Of a stretch of DNA of 64,000 nucleotides, positions 42,233-53,808 are shown piece by piece; positions within the stretch are counted from its first letter, which is position 1; the number at the start of each line of letters is the position of its first letter. The stretch spans positions 48,941,216 through 49,005,215 of the forward strand of contig NC_086385.1 of assembly GCF_036588685.1 (NCBI RefSeq). Reading direction: 5' to 3'. A program made the position numbers and the translations under genes. The notes beneath the pieces are model-generated. The model saw nothing but the letters and a program-made list of their open reading frames with translations. It searched no databases and was not told the DNA's origin. The stretch is from Mytilus trossulus (Eukaryota).

Positions 42233-42698
42233 CTAAAAAATAATTAAATATCTCACAGTGATACCTATGGCATTTTTTTCTTACCTACAGTATGAAATAA
42301 GTCACAATAAAATTAACAAACGATGAGGTCGATTTGGGGTTCCGTCTTTTTTTTTCTTTTTTTTCTGGAAAACAGCAAAACACAGTCGTTCGAGCTCTCT
42401 GAAGAAATGACGCAAATTTGGAGGCAATCTAGCAACACATTTCTTAAAATTAAAATTCAAATAAAGAATTGTTGATGTTAATATTTGGTTTGTTTGTTTT
42501 GTACAATACGGAATTATTTGCATTGCTATTCCGAAGCCATGACCAATTTCCCCTTGATTCTTTTCATTCGATTAGATAGGCTAATCATGTTTTAAAGAAC
42601 CCGGTAGATGCTCATTATAGTACATGAAATTACGTCACATTATCTATTTGTATACCTTGAACAGGTATTCCTTCAAAAAACAAGGCCAAGGCTATTGC

Positions 42699-43772
42699 TT
42701 TTTGTCGAGCCTGCAACTTTTGTTGCAGAAAGCTCGACATAGGGATAGTGATCCGGCGGCGGCGGCGGTGTTAGCTCACTTCTTAAAAGCTTAATATTTT
42801 AGAAGGTAGAAGACCTGGATGCTTCATACTTTGTATATTGATGCCTCATGTTACGAACTTTCCGTCAGTCAACTGTCCAATGTTCTTGACCTCATTTTCA
42901 TGGTTCAGTAACTACTTGAAAAAAAAGTTCAATTTTTTTGTAATGTTAAATTCTCTCTTATTATAAGTAACTGGATAACTATATTTGGTAAGTGCGTACT
43001 TTGCAAGGTCCTCATGACCGTCAGATAGTTTTCACTTGACCTCGACCTCATTTTATGGATCAGTGAACAAGGTTAAGTTTTCGTGGTCAAGTCCATATCT
43101 CAGATACTATAAGCAATGGGTCTTGTATATTCGGTGTATGGAAGGACCGTAAGGTGTACATGTCCAACTGGCAGGTGACATATGACCTTGACCTCATTTT
43201 CATGGTTCAGTGGTTATAGTTAAGTTTTTGTGTTTTGGTCTGTTTTTCTTAAACTATATGCAATAGGTCTACTATAATTGGTGTATGGAATGATTGTAAG
43301 GTGTACATGTCTAGCTGACAGGTGTCATTTGACTTTGACCTCATTTTCATGGTTCAGTGGTCAAAGTTAAATTTTTTAGTTTTGGTCTATTTTTCTAATA
43401 CTTTATGCATTAGGTCAACCATATTTGGTGTATGGAAATATTTTATGAACTATATGTCAGTTACGCAGGTTTTATTTGACCTTGACTTCATTTTCACGGT
43501 CCATTGCTAAGTTTTAAGTGTTTGTGTTTTGGTCTGTTTTTCTTTATTTATAAGCAATAGTTGTATTGAAAAATTGTTAGCTGTACATGTCTGCCTGGCA
43601 TGGTTCATCTGACCTTGACCTCATTTTCATGGTTCATTGATCAATGTTTCATTTTCTTGGTTAATGTTGAGTTTATGTGACAGTTGTAATAAAGCTTTAT
43701 ATTTAGGTCTATCAAGATAGTATCAAGGATTAGTAAAGAAGGCGAGACATTTCAGTGTGTGCACTCTTGTTT
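42699..43772 (+). mobile_element. Helentron-like repeat with internal ~140-150-bp tandem cores
   Basis: 5' TTTTGTCGAGC...GCTCGACA IR, (GGC)n tract, reiterated TGACCTTGACCTCATTTTCATGGTTCA, 3' ...GCACTCTTGTTTT. Confidence 0.65.
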
Positions 43773-43974
43773 TATATTGATTTTTTTTTAAATTGTCAAT
43801 AAGCCATATAGTATCGAACAAATTCAAATGGGATGCTGTTTTTCTTATTTTGAATATATGTATAAAATTGAGAATGGAAATGGGGAATGTGTCAAAGAGA
43901 CAACAACTCGACCAAATAAAAAACAACATAATTGTATAATTTAGTTACTTTAGAACAAAATCGAAAATTATGAA

Positions 43975-44358
43975 TAAAATTGAGAATGGGAATGGGGAAT
44001 GTATCAAAGAGACAACAACTCGACCATAGAAAAAACAACAGCGGTAGGTCACCAACGGGTCTTCAATCTAACGATAAATTCCCGCACCCGGAGGTGTCCT
44101 TCAGCTGGTACCTAAACAAATATATACTAGTTCAGTGGTAATGAACGCCATACTAATTTCCAAATTGTACACAAGAAACTTAAATTCAAATAATACAAGA
44201 CTGACAAAGGCCAGAGGCTCCTGACTTGGGACAGGCGCAAAAATGCGGCGGGGTTAAACATGTTTGTGAGATCTCAACCCTCCCCTATACCTCTAACCAA
44301 TGTAGAAAAGTAAACGCATAACAATACGCACATTAAAATTCAGTTCAAGAGAAGTCCA
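43975..44358 (+). repeat. Dispersed high-copy SINE-like repeat
   Basis: Begins AAAATTGAGAATGG.AATGGGGAATGT. Other copies at 43863-43928 (+), 38340-38498 (-), 55305-55568 (-) and ~23695 (decayed). Confidence 0.8.
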
Positions 44359-46253
44359 GGGTGTTGTTCAGCTTAGATTTTTTTTAAATCTTGTCCAAAG
44401 TTGGGGTCGGGCACCCTACCCCATCCTTACGGAATAAAAAATGTTCTACAGCAATAATTTTTTCGCCACTAGGTGCAATGTGAAGCTGAATAGCTAAGGT
44501 CTACTTGAGAAAAATCAAGGGTGTAGTTCGGCTTTGATTTTTTTTTAAATTTGGTCCAAAGTTGGGGTCGGGCACCCTACCCCACCCTTACGGAAATATA
44601 AATAAAAAATGTTCTACGGCAATACTTTTTTTGCCACTAGGTGCAATGTGAAGCTGAATAGCTAAGGTCTACTTGAGAAAAATCAAGGGTGTAGTTCGGC
44701 TTTGATTTTTTTAAAATCTGGTCCAAAGTTGGGGTCGGCACCCTACCCCTCCCTTACGGAAATATAAATAAAGAATGTTCTACGGTAATACTTTTTTTGC
44801 CACTAGGTGCGATTTGAAGCTGAATAGCTAAGGTCTACTTGAGAAAAAATCAAGGGTGTGGTTCGGCTTAGATTTTTTTTTTAATTTGGTCCAAAGTTGG
44901 GGTCGGGCACCCTATCCCACCCTTACGGAAATATAAATAAAACATGTTCTACGGCAATACTTTTTTCGCCACTAGGTGAGATGTGAAGCTGAATAGCTAA
45001 GGTCTACTTGAGAAAAAATCAAGGGTGTGGTTCGGCTTAGATTTTTTTTTATTTTGGTTCAAAGTTGGGGTCGGGCACCCTAACCCACCCTAACGGAAAT
45101 GTAAATAAAAATGATCTACGGCAATACTTTTTTCGCCACTAGGTGCGATGTGAAGCTGAATAGCTAAGGTCTACTTGAGAAAAATCCAGGGTGTTGTTCA
45201 GCTTAGTTTTTTTTTTAATCTGGTCCAAAGTTGGGGTCGGGCACCCTACCCAACCCTTACGGAAATGTGAATAAAAAATGTTTTACGGCAATACTTTTTT
45301 CGCCACTAGATGCAATGTGAAGCTGAATAGCTAAGGTCTACTTGAGAAAAAATCAAGGGTGTGGTTCGGCTTAGATTTTTTTTTTAATTTGGTCCAAAGT
45401 TTGGGTCGGGCACCCTATCCCACCCTTACGGAAATGTAAATAAAAAATGTTCTACGGCAATACTTTTTTCGCCACTAGGTGCAATGTGAAGATGAATAGT
45501 TAAGGTCTACTTGAGAAAATTTCAATGGTGTAGTTCGGCTTAGATTTTTTTTTAATTTGGTTCAAAGTTGGGGTCGGGCACCCTACCCCATCCTTACGGA
45601 AATATAAATAAAAAATGTTTTACGGTAATACTTTTTCACAACTAGGTGCAATGTGAAGCTGAATAGCTAAGGTCTACTTGAGAAAAAATCAAGGGTGTGG
45701 TTCGGCTTAGATTTTTTTTAATTTGGTCCAAAGTTGGGGTCGGGCACCATACCCCACCCTTACGGAAATGTAAATAAAAAATGTTCTACGGCAATACTTT
45801 TTTCGCCACTAGGTGCGATGTGAAGCTGAATAGCTAAGTTCTACTTGAGAAAAATCCAGGGTGTTGTTCTGCTTAGATTTTTTTTTAAATCTGGTCCAAA
45901 GTTGGGGTCGGGCACCCTACCCAACCCTAACGGAAATGTAAATAAAAAATGTTCTACGGCAATAATTTTTTCGCCACTAGGTGCGATGTGATGCTGAATA
46001 GCTAAGGTCTACTTGAGAAAAAATCAAGGGTGTAGTTCGGCTTAGATTTTTTTTTAAATTTGGTCCAAAGTTGGGGTCGGGCACCCTACCCCACCCTTAC
46101 GGAAATATAAATAAAAAATGTTCTACGGCAATACTTTTTTTGCCACTAGGTGCAATGTGAAGCTGAATAGCTAAGGTCTACTTGGGAAAAAATCAAGGGT
46201 GTGGTTCGGCTTAATTTTTTTTTAATTTGGTCCAAAGTTGGGGTCGGGCACCC
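44355..46253. repeat. Tandem satellite, ~168-bp unit, ~11 copies, in intron 1 of the SAM-HECT gene
   Basis: GTTGGGGTCGGGCACC-like anchor recurs at 44400, 44561, 44728, 44896, 45064, 45230, 45399, 45567, 45733, 45901, 46070 and 46237. Confidence 0.97.
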
Positions 46254-49200
46254 ATAGAAGATATGGTTTGGTGCCAATGAGACAACTATCTGCAAGAAAC
46301 CAAAAAAACACAGATTTACAAACTATGGGTCGCCGTACGGCCTTCAACAACAGGCAAAGCCTATTTCGCATAGTCGGCTATAAAAGGACCCGAAATGATA
46401 ATGTAAAACAAATAGTCAAAACAGAAAATTAACAAAGTCCGTATCATCGTATGCGTAACTTAGTTGCTCACCAGAGGAACACTACGCAAGCGTTTAAACG
46501 CGCGTTGCATAAGTTTGAAGTACCCCGAAATGCAAAGGTATACGCTTGGTGAACGCTTTTACCTCAGGAAATTTTAATTAAGAATTGAATGCTTTTTTTT
46601 GTAAATTTATTGGGGTGTAAAAGCGTTGACCAAGTACATTTAATATGAAGCGCGGAAGCGCTTCATACTAAAAATGTGCGCACGGTCAACGCTTTTACAA
46701 CCCTATAAAGGTACAAAAAAAAAAACATTCAATACTTATAATTACATTTTTACCTATAGGATCATGAAAACACGCCTTTTATCAAGTTTTTATTTCATTT
46801 TTCTGTGCACTTTATTGTGGGACCTCGTGTCATCATAAATGAAAAGTTGCATTGTGTAATGCAATTGATTAAGGAATATCACGAGGTTGCTAGTTAGCCA
46901 ATCAGAATAACGTACATGTATTATAATGAAACATACATCAAATGCAATTATTGGAACATAAAAAAAAAAATCATTCAGCTGAAGCATTTGTCAAGCGTAT
47001 ACCTGTAAACTGCACGCACATAATATACACGCTACACGAGCGTTGAAAACGCTACAGATAAGTTTGAGACACGTTAAGGGCACATTGCATACAAAAATAC
47101 TCGTCTCCTTAAAGCCTTCATTCAGGAGAAGTCCGATACGGGTGAAACTTCATCAAACCTACAGAAGATATTACACCCTCTCCAACCATGCAGCATGGGA
47201 CAAGACATAGAAGCACTGGAATGCTCCCATTATTTTGAGCTGTACAAGATCTACTAAAATATCCCACCTGCCTCAAAGGTGCATAGGATCGACCATGGTC
47301 CAGCACTAATGATACAAGTATCAATCAGAGTTACAATGACGTGGGAGTAAGTATTCAAAGGCCACCGAGCGGCCTCCAACAATAAAAAAAAAACTATTTA
47401 TAATTAGTCGGCTATTAAATGCCCCGACCATTAAGATTTAAAAACAAAAATCAAACAAAACTAAACAGCCTTATTGATAACGAAATAATTAACGAAATAA
47501 AACTTGACCGACATGAACTATGAACAACAACCACTGTACTCATGTTCCTAGCTTAAGAATGGGCATTGGCACATAAACAATGTGGTGGCCATAAACTCAA
47601 CCCTCCCATATGAACCAAACCTAGGACAGCACATCGCAAGAAAAAACTGTAAAATATCAGTTGCAATTCGCGTCCCTAAAGATATGGGTACGGTGCACAA
47701 TAATCACTTACATAAAACAATAGAAACAAATCACTGGAATAAAAGTACTTGCACTTACCGAAAGCTATTCCAAAGCTAGTGAAAAAGTAGACGAACCAGT
47801 GGACATAGACGGACTGGTAAACATGTAAACAGACGGATGAATGTGACAGACTTATTGACATACATTCACATATAGACAGACCTGCAGTTGGGAATGTAGA
47901 AAGACTAGGGGAAACGCATAGGTACGCTTCACGCACACCCAATACACGCTTTAAGCTCGTTGTGCACACGATACAGATATGATTGACAGGCTGAATGCAT
48001 CAACATTACTAACGTATTGGTAGCGTGCATGATTTTTTTTACCATGGCCGACGTACGTCGGAGCTATATGTTGATGTGTGAAGCCGGTATTACATTAAGT
48101 AAGCAGGCAATGTCAGTTTCTAATTCTTATGCACAACAAAAGTAATATAAAACAATACATCTTTATTAAACAACTATCTAATATATAATGTCAAACAAGC
48201 ATTTGGGTTTACGATTGCATTTCTTTTTAAAAAAAAAGCAACTTGTTTATATATTAAACATTGGTTATATATAGATAAAAGAATTTTGAGTACGTTTGAA
48301 TCTTATTCAATTTTTGGGTTCATAGACACACCCGAAAAGTGGCTGCTAGCGTAGTGACTGCTAGCGAGTGGCTGCTAGCTTGAGCCTGGTAATGATTTAT
48401 ACTCTGTATCATATATTTCAACAGGAGAGTATATATGTGAACTGCTTTCTGATCCCTAGCACCTGGGTTACCTTCATTTCTTCTTTTGTCTTACAGCAGC
48501 CGAGCAGGCTATTTATCAAACTACTGTATTTAATACTACTAAATATATGATTAGTATGGTTATAACCGTATGATAATAGACTGAAATTATCGTAAATTCC
48601 ATAAATTTCGAATTGGTGCTTAGTGGGCTTATATGAAATATTTATCATATGCTTCAAATATTAGCACGTGCCTTTCCGTAGTAACGTTATCGTAGGACAT
48701 TCGGGTGATACACATCACATCAATGATACTTTTCAGTGAAAAAACATTAAAAAGTAGGGTACAAAAGAATTTTTTGGATACAGGAAAGTATATTGTGTAA
48801 AATTCAATAAAAAGAATATCAAGCAATCAATTAGATAAACGAACTAACAAATGATAAAAAAACGCATTCTAAAAAGAATGCAACATATCTCAGAAAATTA
48901 CTTGGATGATTTTTTTTTTGTTGAATGTTTTTTTTTAATCGTTCTCATAAGAATAAGTCATACTGTTGTTTTATTTCTCTGTTGAGGCATTTGATAGACA
49001 TCTCTCATTTTGAATGTATTTCCTTTTGGGTCAGACGTCTGTGAACTTTTCACTCTTTGAACTTCTATTTTTCCATTAATCTGGGTTTTTTTCGCCATTG
49101 TTGGAGCATATATAATAAATCATTTTTCATATCGCATGATTTATCAGCCCTCGGTCAATATCAGCCTTTGAGTCATGCGACCCTTGAGCTGATATTGTAC

Positions 49201-49924
49201 CTAGGACTGATAATTTATACGATATGAAAAATGCCATGCAATAAGCTGATAATTGCAGTTTTTCAGTAAAACGTTGAATAACTGATATACTTTTAATGAA
49301 ATCCGTTTGATTTATGTTCATGGCTCCTATTTTCCACTTACAAATTCAATATTAAAGAAAACTGTGGAAAAATTTGTTCCATTAGCGCAAGCAAACATGT
49401 GCTTTATTTTATTTCATTTTTAAATTACAAATTAAAAATTTAATATGTACTACTTTTACCGGATTCCAGACAAAATAAAGAATTTTTTACAGTGAGTTGC
49501 TCCCCCTCCCCCTTTTATGAATACTTCTAGATCGTCCACTTCTCTTTATTCATTTATTTTTTTCTCTATATAGTAACTATATTGACACTCATCACCTATA
49601 TTTTTTCTTTGACGTTGATTTTTTTATAGTTTATTACGTGAGAGCACCCAACTTGCACATATTTTTACTGCTTTTTTACCTACGTTTTTTTATGATCCAG
49701 ATTGGATAAAAACAAAGCCCTTGTTAGAGAAGGAGTCAGGGAGGGGCAGGGAGGGGCAGGGAGGGGCGGGTCCCTAACGGACCTATGCTAAAACAGTTAC
49801 TTTAACGGTTAATGCAGGCTTTGACTTTTTCAAACTTGTGGCAAAGGAAAACTTCACTTTTATACATATACTCTAGTCGAAATAAAATAGCCTTTCAAGA
49901 CGACAGAAATATTTGGACTAACAT

Positions 49925-50039
49925 CACAGGAGTTTGAAATCCTATCAATAAGGGGGCTATCACAGTAGAGCTTCTCTCGTTTGATAGTCGACTTTGGTAT
50001 ATGTTTACCCCCTTATTTTTAGGATTTCAAACTCCTGTG
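49925..50039. mobile_element. 115-bp MITE with 7-bp TSD (CA..TG ends, P-element-like)
   Basis: CTAACAT-CACAGGAGTTTGAAATCCTA...TAGGATTTCAAACTCCTGTG-CTAACAT. Confidence 0.75.
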
Positions 50040-50075
50040 CTAACATATAGCCCAAGAACGGATTTAGGGGGAGCC

Positions 50076-50281
50076 TAGTCCAAATAATAATGACGTCTTG
50101 AAAGGCTATTATATTATTTTTTTTTGACGCCTTACATATTATATTTTTTTCTTTGACGCCTTAACCAAAGACGTCAAAAGGCGTCAAAGAAAAAAAATAT
50201 AATAGCCTTTCAAGACGTCGATGTAGGGCGTCAAAGAAAAAAAAAGAAAAACCTTTCAAGACGTCATAATTATTTGGACTA
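50076..50281. mobile_element. 206-bp foldback MITE with 9-bp TSD (TAG..CTA ends; Academ- or MULE-like)
   Basis: GGGGGAGCC-TAGTCCAAATAATAATGACGTCTTGAAAGG...CCTTTCAAGACGTCATAATTATTTGGACTA-GGGGGAGCC. Confidence 0.8.
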
Positions 50282-50590
50282 GGGGGAGCCTAGAGGTCCC
50301 GGAACCTTTAAGTTGAAAAAAATTGGTTGGTTATATAGGGAATCACTTTCGCATGACTGGACAGAGGCGGATTTAGGGGTGTGCCCCCCCCCCCCCCCCC
50401 CACTTTTGGGAAAAAAAATTGGTTACTGAAGCGTGACTGGAGCGGGCCCCCTCTTAGGTCAGTAAGTGGGGCCCCACTTATGAAAATTTCTAGATCCGCC
50501 ACTGCTGGAGCCCATTCTCTCCCCTAACAAAAAGTTCTGTATCCGCAAATGTTTATGAATAAATATATATAATTATATGTTGGCTCTTAC

Positions 50591-50780
50591 CTTTATTTAC
50601 CTCTGACCTGAACCGTGTTCGGTCTCCAATTGTCGTAATTCCCAGTCGCGACAAGTCTGCATCTGTTAAGGCACGACACGTTTCTAAATTGTCAACTTTA
50701 CTTTCAATGAAATTGTTTAACAAGTCATTTAAATTAATTTTTGTCAGCACTGCTTCCACGTTTGTTAGCGTCGACGCCAT
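50591..50780 (-). CDS. SAM-HECT gene exon 1: SAM domain
   Basis: MASTLTNVEAVLTKINLNDLLNNFIESKVDNLETCRALTDADLSRLGITTIGDRTRFRSEVNK has a SAM signature (LTDADLxxLGIxxxGDR). Donor AAG|GTAAGA, phase 1, matches the acceptor phase at 42232. Confidence 0.8.
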
Positions 50781-50804
50781 CTTAAGTAAAAATTATTTAA
50801 ACAT

Positions 50805-51894
50805 CGGATCGGAATCAGTTTTGACGTAGACCGTATGATCCACGTGGTATAATCATTCTAATCATAATCATGTTCATTGACCATAACAACGATGAAAGCA
50901 CATCATATAATGACGTTCTGGCATCATATAATGAAGTAAGTCTAACCACATCATATAAAGATGTTTGCACACAATATAATGGAAAACGCACATAATATAA
51001 AGATATTTGTACATAATATAAGGATATTTGTACATAATATAAAGATATTTGTACATAATATAAAGATATTTGTACATAATATAAAGATGTTTGTACATAA
51101 TATAAGTGAAACATCACATAATATAAAGATGTTAGCACATAATATAAGGAAAAAAGCACATAAAGCACATGATATACAGACATGTGGACAGCATATACAA
51201 TCATTCGTGCATAATATAAGGACAAAATCACACCATATAAGGATGTTTGCACATCATATAAGTATATTAACACATTATATAAGTAGATTTGCACATCATA
51301 TAATAAAGTGAATAGAACCACATAATATAATGATAAAATTACATCATATAAAGATCTTTGCATATACTATAAGGGTAAATGCACATAATATAAAGACAAT
51401 TGCACATCATATAATGTAATTTGTACATAATATAAGGACACAATCACATCATATAATGATATTTGAACATCATATAAGGAAACCTGCACCTAGTATAAGT
51501 ATACATGCACATCATGTAAGGATGTATGCACTTCATATAAGTGTATATACACATCATATAAGTAAATATGCACATCATATAAGTATATGTGCACACCATA
51601 TAAGTAAATATGCACATCATATAAGTATATGTGCACACCGTATAAGTAAATATGCACATCATATAGGGATATTTGCACAGCATATACGGATATTTGCACA
51701 TCATATAAGTATATATGCACATCATAAAAGTGTATATGTACATCGTATAAGGATATTTGGACATTACATAATGTCAACAAGATACCATATAAAGGTTTGT
51801 ACACATCATATATTGACAAATGCACATCATATAAGGGTAAACTCACATCATATAATGTCAAATGGCCATAATAAGACAGTTTTGGCGTTCCATA
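50805..51894 (-). repeat. Right terminal inverted repeat (~1090 bp), with more 21-bp subunits than the left
   Basis: Runs from CGGATCGGAATCAGTTTTGACGTAGAC to ...GACAGTTTTGGCGTTCCATA. Units such as AAAGATATTTGTACATAATAT repeat at ~51000-51100. Confidence 0.92.
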
Positions 51895-51946
51895 CTTGTC
51901 GTTTGTATATCTAATTTGTACGTGTTTCTCGTTTCTCGTCTTATAT

Positions 51947-52954
51947 TCTGATTCAAACAAAAAATTCTCTGAAACCGATATTATCAAGATGCTTGATTTC
52001 TTGATTGACAACATATTTGTTACGTTCGGAGGACGTGTTTTTCAACAGACTGTCGGCATCCCAATGGGAACAAACTGTGCCCCTCTACTTGCTGACTTGT
52101 TTCTTTATTATTATGAGGCTGACTTCATGCAGGAACTTCTTAGGAAGAAAGATAAGAAGTTAGCAATATCCTTTAACTCTACTTTCCGCTATATAGATGA
52201 CGTTCTTTCACTAAACAATTCAAAATTTGGTGACTATGTGGATCGCATCTATCCCATCGAATTGGAGATAAAGGATACTACAGATACAGTTATCATATCT
52301 TGACTTACATCTAGAAATTGACAAAGAGGGTCGGTTGAAGACAAAACTTTACGACAAAAGAGATGATTTCAGCTTTCCAATTGTGAACTTTCCATTTCTA
52401 AGTAGCAACATTCCAGCAGCACCTGCATACGGGGTATATATCTCCCAATTGATACGATATTCCCGTGCTTGCATTTCCTATCATGATTTTCTTGATAGAG
52501 GGTTACTGCTCACAAGGAAGCTATTAAACCAAGAGTTCCAAATGGTGAAGTTGAAATCATCCCTTCGTAAATTTTACGGACGCCATCACGAGTTGGTTGA
52601 CCGTTATGGAATAACCGTTTCACAAATGATATCGGATATGTTCCTTACGTCGTAACTACAATCCCCTTCCCTTTCATGAATTTGACCTACCGAATTAGAC
52701 TTTTTACCGGATTTGTAATCACAGAAGCAACACGACGGGTGCCGCATGTGGAGCAGGATCTGCTTACCCTTCCGGAGCACCTGAGATCACCCCTAGTTTT
52801 TGGTGGGGTTCGTGTTGTTTATTCTTTAGTTTTCCATGTTGTGTCATGTGTACTATTGTTTTTCTGTTTGTCTTTTTCATTTTTAGCCATGGCGTTGTCA
52901 GTTTGTTTTAGATTTACGAGTTTGACTGTCCCTTTGGTGTCTTTCGTCCCTCTT
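51947..52954 (+). mobile_element. 5'-truncated Penelope-like retroelement (RT C-terminal half plus 3' UTR), frameshifted
   Basis: RT motifs QQTVGIPMGTNCAPLLADLFLY and FRYIDDVLSLNN, then KLYDKRDDFSFPIVNFP...AYGVYISQLIRYSRAC in another frame (break near 52290). TTATAT lies at both flanks (51941-51946, 52955-52960). Confidence 0.85.
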
Positions 52955-53808
52955 TTATATGGATAAGACCGTTGGTTTACTCCCGTTTGAATGGTTTAAC
53001 ACTAGTAATTTTGATGCCTTTTATATATAGCTTGTTGTTCGGTGTGAGCCTTGGCTCCGTGTTGAAGGCCGTACCTTGACCAATAATGGTTTACTTTATT
53101 TAAATTGTTATTTGGATGGAAAGTTGTCTTATTGGCACTCACACCACATCTTCCTATATCTATAAAACATCTGTATAAAATATTAAAAATATTTTTTTAA
53201 ATCAAAGAATATATCTATCCCATGCACAGCTTTGATTCTATTTCCTGGTTAGACTATTCCTCAAGTCCTTTCCAATCATACAAGCTCTTAAACGTTGCTT
53301 GACTCTTAATATTTTGTCTCGAGCTTCACAACGTGACATTAATTGTCGAAAAATCTTATATGGTGCTATAACCCTATAAATCTGGTACCGTTTGATGCAT
53401 GTGATTAGTATCTAGATCGGCCAACATTAATGGATAATCACTATTATCAATAGGTTTACATGGACATCATACACATTATAGATACTTATTTTGATGTAGA
53501 AAACTTGTATGCTTTATTATCAAAACAATATAAACGTGAATATATAATTTTAGTATGATTTAGCAAGAACTTTTTTTTATATCTGATTCAATTAGAGTCA
53601 ATCTAAACCTCGTTGAACCACCTATCCTATATACTATTATCTCCCCTAAATATAGTATTCTCTCCCCTGACGATTTATGCTGTAACTAATCATTAGTTTC
53701 TTGTCGACTGATTTACCTTTATATATTGGTCATTGCGTACAACATGGATTAACTTTATGTTTCAACATACTGTACGGAGTGACGTCTTGTATTACTGTTT
53801 TTGTTTTG

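Larger units (their letters stand above)
26711..51894. mobile_element. Large IS3EU-like DDE DNA transposon (~25.2 kb) with two convergent genes
   Basis: Left end TATGGAACGCCAAAACTGTCTTAT (26711) is the exact reverse complement of the right end (ending 51894). Flanks are GTTGTC (26705-26710) and CTTGTC (51895-51900), a 6-bp TSD with one mismatch. It encodes an IS3/IS481-type integrase core. TAY..RTA ends with a 6-bp TSD match my recollection of the IS3EU superfamily. Confidence 0.88.

Noticed and set aside
41323-42243. Plus-strand ORFs of 116, 127 and 60 aa
   Set aside because: Antisense shadows of the SAM-HECT exon 2.
47100-47330. Coding-like composition inside SAM-HECT intron 1
   Set aside because: No recognisable protein motif, and the exon is not needed to keep the reading frame.
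50601-50780. Alternative donor GAG|GTAAAT for SAM-HECT exon 1
   Set aside because: It is phase 0 and does not fit the phase-1 acceptor at 42232. An extra unseen exon in the 8.4-kb intron cannot be fully excluded.
50815-52014. Overlapping repetitive ORFs (LYDVHIY, HHISKYA and similar)
   Set aside because: They are translations of the right TIR array, not genes.
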